Source: Minisyncoccia bacterium (lineage in GTDB: Bacteria; Patescibacteriota; Minisyncoccia; Phycocordibacterales; UBA918). From it: 64,000 nt of DNA. The notes beneath the pieces were generated by a model. That model made no database searches. It was not told the DNA's origin and worked only from the letters and a program-made list of their open reading frames with translations. Below, in pieces: positions 58,137-64,000 of the stretch (the stretch's first letter is position 1; the number at the start of each line of letters is the position of its first letter). The stretch covers positions 427,446 through 491,445 of the forward strand of contig JBKBPM010000001.1 in assembly GCA_046293175.1 (NCBI GenBank). The letters are read 5' to 3'. The position numbers and the translations under genes are program-made.

Positions 58137-59150
58137 TTACCGCTTGGTAAGGATGGCGCGTTTGTAGGTAGCAAGGTGTTCAAGCGCCACCCCCGTCCCC
58201 TTCGCCACACAAAACAGCGCTTGGTCAGCCAAGACCGCTTTCACTCCCGTGCGACGGCGCACAAGCTCTGGGAAGTTGCGAAGCTGCGAGGTGCCACCAG
58301 TCATGATGATACCGCCATCAATAATATCGGATGCCAGCTCTGGCGGTGTTTCTTGAAATACATCTTTGATGGCCTTAATCATCTCGCGGAGTTCTTTGCC
58401 AATCGCACGCACGACCTCATTCGTGCGAATCTCCGTGGTACGCGGGAGGCCCGTAAAGACATCACGCCCCTTCAGTTCCATCGTTAGTTCTTCCTCAAGC
58501 GGTAGAGCCGAACCCACTTTAATCTTTACCTCTTCGGCTGTCTTTTCACCAATCGCGAGATTGCGAGACTTCTTTACATAATCAATGATGGCCGTATCAA
58601 TGCGATTGCCGGCACACTTCACCGAGTTGGCGGCTACAATACCACCAAGCGAAATCACCGCCACGTCGATAGTTCCTCCCCCAATGTCGACAATCATGTG
58701 TCCTTCAGCGCCATATATAGGTACCCCAGCACCAATCGCCGCGAGAATTGGCTCCTTGACCACGTACGCATTACGTGCGCCGGCGTTCATCGTCGCCTCT
58801 ACTACCGCACGGCGTTCGGTCGAGGTCACACCAGCTGGCACTGAGACCATCACATCCGGCTTAAAGAGATTGTATTTACCGAGCGCTTTCCCAAGGAAGT
58901 AGCGTAGCATTGCCTCAGTAACGCGGTAGTCAGCGATGACGCCATCTTTCATCGGACGGTAGGCCCGAATATTGTCGGGTGTGCGACCAATCATTGCCTT
59001 AGCTTCGGCCCCCACCGCGAGCACCTGCCGGTTGTCGCCAACTGCCACCACTGACGGTTCATTAAGCACAATCCCGTGTCCCGGGACATAGACCAACACA
59101 CTGGTGGTACCGAGATCGATACCAATTTTAGGCGCAAAGCGATCAAACAT
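58137..59150 (-). CDS. mreB: Rod-shape protein MreB
   Basis: IGIDLGT, EPSVVA, RPMKDGVIAD, DIGGGT. Confidence 0.96.
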   Translation of the reverse strand: MFDRFAPKIGIDLGTTSVLVYVPGHGIVLNEPSVVAVGDNRQVLAVGAEAKAMIGRTPDNIRAYRPMKDGVIADYRVTEAMLRYFLGKALGKYNLFKPDVMVSVPAGVTSTERRAVVEATMNAGARNAYVVKEPILAAIGAGVPIYGAEGHMIVDIGGGTIDVAVISLGGIVAANSVKCAGNRIDTAIIDYVKKSRNLAIGEKTAEEVKIKVGSALPLEEELTMELKGRDVFTGLPRTTEIRTNEVVRAIGKELREMIKAIKDVFQETPPELASDIIDGGIIMTGGTSQLRNFPELVRRRTGVKAVLADQALFCVAKGTGVALEHLATYKRAILTKR

Positions 59151-59236
59151 GCACCACACATAGTACAGGTTTTTGCCCATGGGGCAAACTGTAAGTCTAT
59201 AGCATATATGCTATAATGCTTACATAATCATTTGGT

Positions 59237-60739
59237 ATGGATAACAATATAGGAAAGCGGATTGCAGATATTCGTGATGCGCAAGGTCTCACCCAAAGTG
59301 ACTTAGCCAAAAAAATTAAAACCACACAGTCCGCGATTGCTCGGATTGAAAGTGGGACCCAAAACCTCACCACTGATATGTTACGTAAGCTTAGTGCCGC
59401 TTTGGGTAAAAATCTTGTTACCCTCTCCCCTGGCACCATGAATGTCGTCATTGAAGGTAAGAAGAAGCTGTCGGGCACGATTGAAACGAACACCTCAAAG
59501 AATGGTGCGGTTGGTCTCCTCTGTGCCTCCCTTCTCAACCGTGGCACCACCACCCTCCATCGTATGCCCCGTATCGAAGAAGTACACCGTATCCTCGAAG
59601 TACTTGAGAGTATTGGTATGGGTGTCTCGTGGAGCGGATCAACCGTGACCCTCACCCCGCCAAAGAAGTACAATCTCAAAAAGATTGATGTCGACGCGGC
59701 GCGTAAGACCCGCAGTATCATCATGTTTATCGGTGCTCTTATCCATACCATGCCAGAGTTTGCCCTCCCACAGTCTGGCGGGTGTAAGCTTGGGAGTCGG
59801 ACTGTCCGCCCCCACTTCTTTGCCCTTGAACACTTTGGGGTTAATATCGAAACGACTAACGACGCGTTTAAAGTGAAGTATGAACCAAAGTCTCCAAGCG
59901 AAATCATCCTCTTTGAATCAGGAGACACCGTAACCGAAAACGCCCTCTTTGCCGCGGCACGTCATACTGGTACCACCACCATCAAGTACGCGAGCGCCAA
60001 CTACATGGTGCAGGAGATTTGTGTGTTCTTACAGAAACTCGGTGTCACCATTGAAGGTTTTGGCACCACCACTCTGACCGTCACTGGTGTCGCAGACATT
60101 AATATGAATATTGAGTACACTTTGGCCGAGGATCCAACTGACTCGATGTTCTTTATTGCGGCAGCAATCGTGACCAATTCTGCCATCACCATCACCCGCT
60201 GCCCGATTGAGTTTCTCGAACTTGAACTGCTCGTGCTTGAAAAAATGGGGCTCGAATACACGAAGAGTAAGCCGTACTTTGGTAACAACGGCCAAGTGAA
60301 ACTCGTTGACCTGAAGCTCAAGCCTTCAAAACTTCGTGCCTCACTTGAGAAGGTACACTCCCGCCCGTACCCAGGTCTTAATGCCGACAACCTCCCGTTC
60401 TTCGCGGTTATCGCCACCCAGGCAGAAGGCCAGACCCTCATCCACGACTGGATGTACGAAAAGCGCGCCATTTACTTCACCGAACTCGAGAAACTTGGAG
60501 CTGACACCGTGCTCGCCGACCCACACCGTATTTATATCACTGGGCCTACCCCACTACGTGCGACCGAACTTATCTGTCCACCAGCGCTCCGGCCTGCAAC
60601 TATTCTTCTCATTGCCATGCTTGGTGCCTCTGGCAAATCGGTCCTTCGCAACATCTACAGCATCAACCGCGGCTACGAAAACCTCGTCGCCCGCCTGCAG
60701 TCACTTGGAGCCAATATCAACTATCTCGAAGAGCTCTAG
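59237..60739 (+). CDS. murA: XRE-HTH-fused UDP-N-acetylglucosamine 1-carboxyvinyltransferase
   Basis: N-terminal LTQSDLAKKIKTTQSAIARIESG; SKN; GGCKLG active-site Cys; RGYE. Confidence 0.9.
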   Translation: MDNNIGKRIADIRDAQGLTQSDLAKKIKTTQSAIARIESGTQNLTTDMLRKLSAALGKNLVTLSPGTMNVVIEGKKKLSGTIETNTSKNGAVGLLCASLLNRGTTTLHRMPRIEEVHRILEVLESIGMGVSWSGSTVTLTPPKKYNLKKIDVDAARKTRSIIMFIGALIHTMPEFALPQSGGCKLGSRTVRPHFFALEHFGVNIETTNDAFKVKYEPKSPSEIILFESGDTVTENALFAAARHTGTTTIKYASANYMVQEICVFLQKLGVTIEGFGTTTLTVTGVADINMNIEYTLAEDPTDSMFFIAAAIVTNSAITITRCPIEFLELELLVLEKMGLEYTKSKPYFGNNGQVKLVDLKLKPSKLRASLEKVHSRPYPGLNADNLPFFAVIATQAEGQTLIHDWMYEKRAIYFTELEKLGADTVLADPHRIYITGPTPLRATELICPPALRPATILLIAMLGASGKSVLRNIYSINRGYENLVARLQSLGANINYLEEL

Positions 60740-60812
60740 ATGAACCAATCATAAAACAAACAATATATCCTGTGGAGACGTATAACAGGTTAAATTTGCT
60801 ATACTCAAGACT

Positions 60813-62708
60813 ATGTATGTCATCGAGGTCATTCCGCTCGTTCGCGGTGTTCAGATAGAATCTCTGACCTATTTTTCAAGTACCGGGTACAGTCGTGGCA
60901 CTATTGTCGAAATCCCGGTTCGTGGCAAAACAGTGACTGGTGTGGTGATCGAAGTTTCACCCGTCTCAAGTGCCAAGACGGCACTTAAGGCCGCTACCTT
61001 CTCCCTGCGGAAACTTGCTCCTGATCAACGGACAACCACTCTCTCGCACCACCTCCTTGCCACCGTCGAAGCACTCTACAAAATACTCCCCGCCAAACGG
61101 GGTGCTATTCTCTTTTCACTCCTCCCGCCCGATGTACGTTCGGGTACAGTCTCATATCCACCACTACCGAGCCATCAAGCCGGTGAAGACCCGACCCCAC
61201 AGCTCCTCGCCGCCCCGCAGAAGGAGCGCTTCATTGGCTACCAAGCCATCATCAGACGCGCTTTTGCGCACCGTGGCTCAGTACTCCTCGTGGTACCATC
61301 CGCGGCCGCGGTCACCACGCTTTACGAGACCCTCAAGCACGGCATCGAAGACCGGGTCGTCTGTTTTAGTGGCGAGCAAACCAAGACCGCTAGACAAAAG
61401 GCCTACACGCAGTTTGCTGATCTCTCCCGCGCCTCACTGGTTATCGCCACCCCGCACTTTGCCTACCTCGACCGGTCTGATTTCACCACTATCATCATTG
61501 AAGATGTCGGAAGTAACCACTATGTCGAGCGTACACGACCATACCTCGACCACCGAGTGGCACTCTTAGCGCTCGCCAAAGTTGCACAGCGCGCCATCAT
61601 CCTCGGCGATATCACCACTCGTACCGATGATGAGTATCACCTCCGCAATGACCGGTACATCCCTTACGGCGAGCCGCAACGTCGACTTTCAATCGAGGCG
61701 GCTCTCTCAATTATCCATCAGCATGATAAACCGACACCCGAAGTTCCCTTTGCCCTCTTTTCACCCGAACTCAAAAAACGTATCGAAACTGCCCTTGAGG
61801 GTCGCCATAATGTCTTCCTCTACGCGGCAAGGCGTGGCCTTTCGCCCGTCATCGCTTGTATTGACTGCGGACATATCTTCCGCTGTCCAGACTCCGGTAC
61901 CCCATATTCACTTCTGCGTACGCATCACCCGATCAAGGGTGAGGAACGTTGGTTCATTTCGGCAACATCTGGTAAGCGAGTCCGGGCGAGTGATGTTTGC
62001 CCAGATTGTGGTTCATGGCGTCTGCGCGAACGTGGTATCGGCATCCAGTTCATCGAGGACGAAATCAAAAAACTCTTCCCGACCACCCCACTCATTGTTA
62101 TGGACGCCACGACCGCGGGTACCCACAAAAAAGCCCTTATGCAAAAGAAACTCATCGAAAGTCACAAAGGCGCCATCCTCCTTGGGACGAGTATGGCTAT
62201 GGCCTATTTGCCAAATCACCTCTACCTCTCAGCGATAGTCTCCCTTGATGCCGTGCGAGCCATCCCGACTTGGCGGGCTGATGAGTCGCTCTTCCGTCTC
62301 CTTCTCACACTCCGCGAAAAGAGTAGTCACGAAGTGATTGTACAGACTCGCTCCGACAACGACGACCTCCTCCTCTACGCGGCGCGTGGCGCCACTGACC
62401 GTTTCCATGATGACGAGCTTCACCTCCGCGAGATGCTTGCCTACCCACCGTATACGACTTTCTACCTGCTCACCTGGCAGGGCGCACAGGAGCACATCGA
62501 AGAGACTGAGAGACTCATCAAAAACGCATTAGGTACACTCGCGGTCACGCCACAGTTTTATACCAATCCGCAGTCACCAGTAACGAAACCGATTCGCCAC
62601 TGCCTCATCCGGACCGAGAAGACCACCGATACCACACACTTAGTAGAAGTACTCCGGCATTTACCTCCTCAAGTAGCTATAACCGTTAACCCCGATCGAA
62701 TCGTCTAG
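60813..62708 (+). CDS. priA: Primosomal protein N' (degenerate helicase)
   Basis: 3'-binding N-domain, RRGLSP..CIDCG..CPD, CPDCG, GIQ, YPPY. Confidence 0.82.
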   Translation: MYVIEVIPLVRGVQIESLTYFSSTGYSRGTIVEIPVRGKTVTGVVIEVSPVSSAKTALKAATFSLRKLAPDQRTTTLSHHLLATVEALYKILPAKRGAILFSLLPPDVRSGTVSYPPLPSHQAGEDPTPQLLAAPQKERFIGYQAIIRRAFAHRGSVLLVVPSAAAVTTLYETLKHGIEDRVVCFSGEQTKTARQKAYTQFADLSRASLVIATPHFAYLDRSDFTTIIIEDVGSNHYVERTRPYLDHRVALLALAKVAQRAIILGDITTRTDDEYHLRNDRYIPYGEPQRRLSIEAALSIIHQHDKPTPEVPFALFSPELKKRIETALEGRHNVFLYAARRGLSPVIACIDCGHIFRCPDSGTPYSLLRTHHPIKGEERWFISATSGKRVRASDVCPDCGSWRLRERGIGIQFIEDEIKKLFPTTPLIVMDATTAGTHKKALMQKKLIESHKGAILLGTSMAMAYLPNHLYLSAIVSLDAVRAIPTWRADESLFRLLLTLREKSSHEVIVQTRSDNDDLLLYAARGATDRFHDDELHLREMLAYPPYTTFYLLTWQGAQEHIEETERLIKNALGTLAVTPQFYTNPQSPVTKPIRHCLIRTEKTTDTTHLVEVLRHLPPQVAITVNPDRIV

Positions 62709-62932
62709 AGCACAGTCAAAACATGCCCAGGCGGTTTTGCTTTTCGTTCAAAAAACACTCATCGTTTATTTAATACCCCTCGTATTTTTCGCTCGTTTTC
62801 CTTACAGGAACTGTCTACTCATCTGTCTCTTTGTTCGCAAAACTCACAAAGATTCTACATGAGTCTTGCAAAATGGTCCCATCCCATTTCTCACCTAGCC
62901 TGAACGCGTTTTAACTGCACTCATTTTGTGCT
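62708..62932 (-). other. ~225-bp structured intergenic element with 25-bp terminal inverted repeat
   Basis: Terminal arms pair 24/25 on the minus strand using six G-U pairs; internal hairpins. Confidence 0.6.
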
Positions 62933-63046
62933 TCTAAGCTTTTTTGAAAGCGGTTTTGAAACAGTCGTATATAAATTTGATTAATATTTTTTGAAGTGAG
63001 GGGGTATTTATTTTTCACCATATATAAGCTATAGTGTCACTATTCT

Positions 63047-63571
63047 ATGGCGAAACTTGTGCCCCAAAACCACCCCGTCCTCCACGCTACCGCAGTCGAA
63101 GTCACTCCGGAGGAGTTTTCTGATGGTACTGTCACGAAGCTCATCAAAGACATGAGGCAGGTGCTCCACAGCTATAGTGTCGACGGTTTCACCGCGGTCG
63201 CCATTGCGGCCCCGCAGATTGGGGTTGGTAAGCGTGTCTTTATTATCGAAGACCAGAGCAAAGACCGTGATGCCTTACCGTCTTTTGTCGCTATCAACCC
63301 GCAGATTGTGAAGTTCTCCAAAAAAACCCACGAAGTGGGTGAGGGTTGCCTCTCTATCCCCGACTACTATGGTCTCGTAAAGCGCTCAACCAATGTGACG
63401 CTACGTGCTCAAGACGAACATGGACAGTGGTTTGAACGTGGCGCTGGTTCCCTCCTTGCGCAGATTATCCAGCACGAATACGACCACCTCGACGGTATCC
63501 TCTTCACCGACCGTGCGACCAAGGTCTGGCACAAAGACGAACTGAAGAAGGAAAAGAAAACAATAACTTAA
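63047..63571 (+). CDS. def: Peptide deformylase
   Basis: AIAAPQIG, EGCLS, QHEYDHLDG. Confidence 0.96.
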   Translation: MAKLVPQNHPVLHATAVEVTPEEFSDGTVTKLIKDMRQVLHSYSVDGFTAVAIAAPQIGVGKRVFIIEDQSKDRDALPSFVAINPQIVKFSKKTHEVGEGCLSIPDYYGLVKRSTNVTLRAQDEHGQWFERGAGSLLAQIIQHEYDHLDGILFTDRATKVWHKDELKKEKKTIT

Positions 63572-63574
63572 AAT

Positions 63575-63619
63575 TGTCATTGCGAGTTATGAGCGACAAA
63601 GCGAATAACGTGGTAATCC
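63575..63619 (+). repeat. REP-like GTCATTGCGAG...AATCC element
   Basis: TGTCATTGCGAG-TTAT-GAGCGACAAAGCGA-ATAA-CGTGGTAATCC. Confidence 0.45.
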
Positions 63620-63629
63620 AGTCAAAATT

Positions 63630-64000
63630 ATGTCTCAATCACCAAAACTGACCTTTGCCTTCTTTGGCACACCCGATATCGCCGTCACTGCACTTGATGA
63701 GATGGCAACGTTTGGCTTTGTACCTGCACTTGTCGTCTGTAACCCTGACGCACCAGTTGGTCGCAAGCACACCATGACCCCACCACCGGTGAAGGTCTGG
63801 GCCGAAGCTCGTGGCATTCCAGTCTTTCAACCATCATCGCTCAAAAACCGCGAGGATCTTACCCCACTTACTGATACTCAATTTGATTTTTTTGTTGTCC
63901 TCGCCTACGGCAAGATCATACCCGAGTGGCTCATCAATCTCCCAATCTACGGCACGATTAATGCCCACCCATCACTGTTACCGAAGTTCCGTGGCGCCAG
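63630..64000 (+). CDS. fmt: Methionyl-tRNA formyltransferase (partial)
   Basis: FFGTPDIA, PDAPVGR, LAYGKII, INAHPSLLPKFRGA; follows def. Confidence 0.95.
   Translation, partial: MSQSPKLTFAFFGTPDIAVTALDEMATFGFVPALVVCNPDAPVGRKHTMTPPPVKVWAEARGIPVFQPSSLKNREDLTPLTDTQFDFFVVLAYGKIIPEWLINLPIYGTINAHPSLLPKFRGA

Noticed and set aside
27172-62238. Long antisense or alternate-frame ORFs (e.g. 27172-27897, 59197-59928, 61582-62238)
   Set aside because: Shadows of well-supported genes, with no independent signals.
62790-62830. Hammerhead ribozyme core on the minus strand (CAGATGAG...GAAA)
   Set aside because: The core reads CAGAUGA rather than CUGAUGA, and the required stems are not evident.
1-64000. CRISPR array, cas genes, retron/DGR reverse transcriptase, IS transposase, prophage
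   Set aside because: No regularly spaced repeats and no ORFs with the relevant motifs were seen.

Overview
This window is bacterial chromosome that looks like Patescibacteria/CPR (Parcubacteria-like). That call is an inference from the gene mix: HTH-fused MurA, PriA with decayed helicase motifs, MutY lacking an Fe-S cluster, and AT-rich SD-less leaders. Layout: (1) 1-18 kb, a surface-glycan/envelope locus with GT4/GT2 transferases, Wzx, three TupA-like ATP-grasp paralogues (two sharing an identical 433-bp block), a glycoside hydrolase, a DUF2206-like membrane protein and a large surface protein. (2) 18-25 kb, rluF-like, typA, a GIY-YIG nuclease and SD-led orphans. (3) tRNA-Ser(GGA) followed by an ~11.4-kb island bounded by a 14-bp direct repeat, carrying a CsoR regulon, a P1B ATPase, DsbA/DsbB, a large serine recombinase and a compact multi-branched putative ncRNA. 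(4) 37-64 kb, housekeeping and stress genes (htpX, lemA, groESL, secG, rnj, mutY, photolyase, mreB, murA, priA, def, fmt). The most striking unexplained signals are five ~75-125-bp structured intergenic elements with conserved loops and covarying stems, each just after a stop codon and antisense to that gene, and the GNRA-capped RNA-like structure beside the recombinase. All calls come from reading the sequence; no database searches were run.
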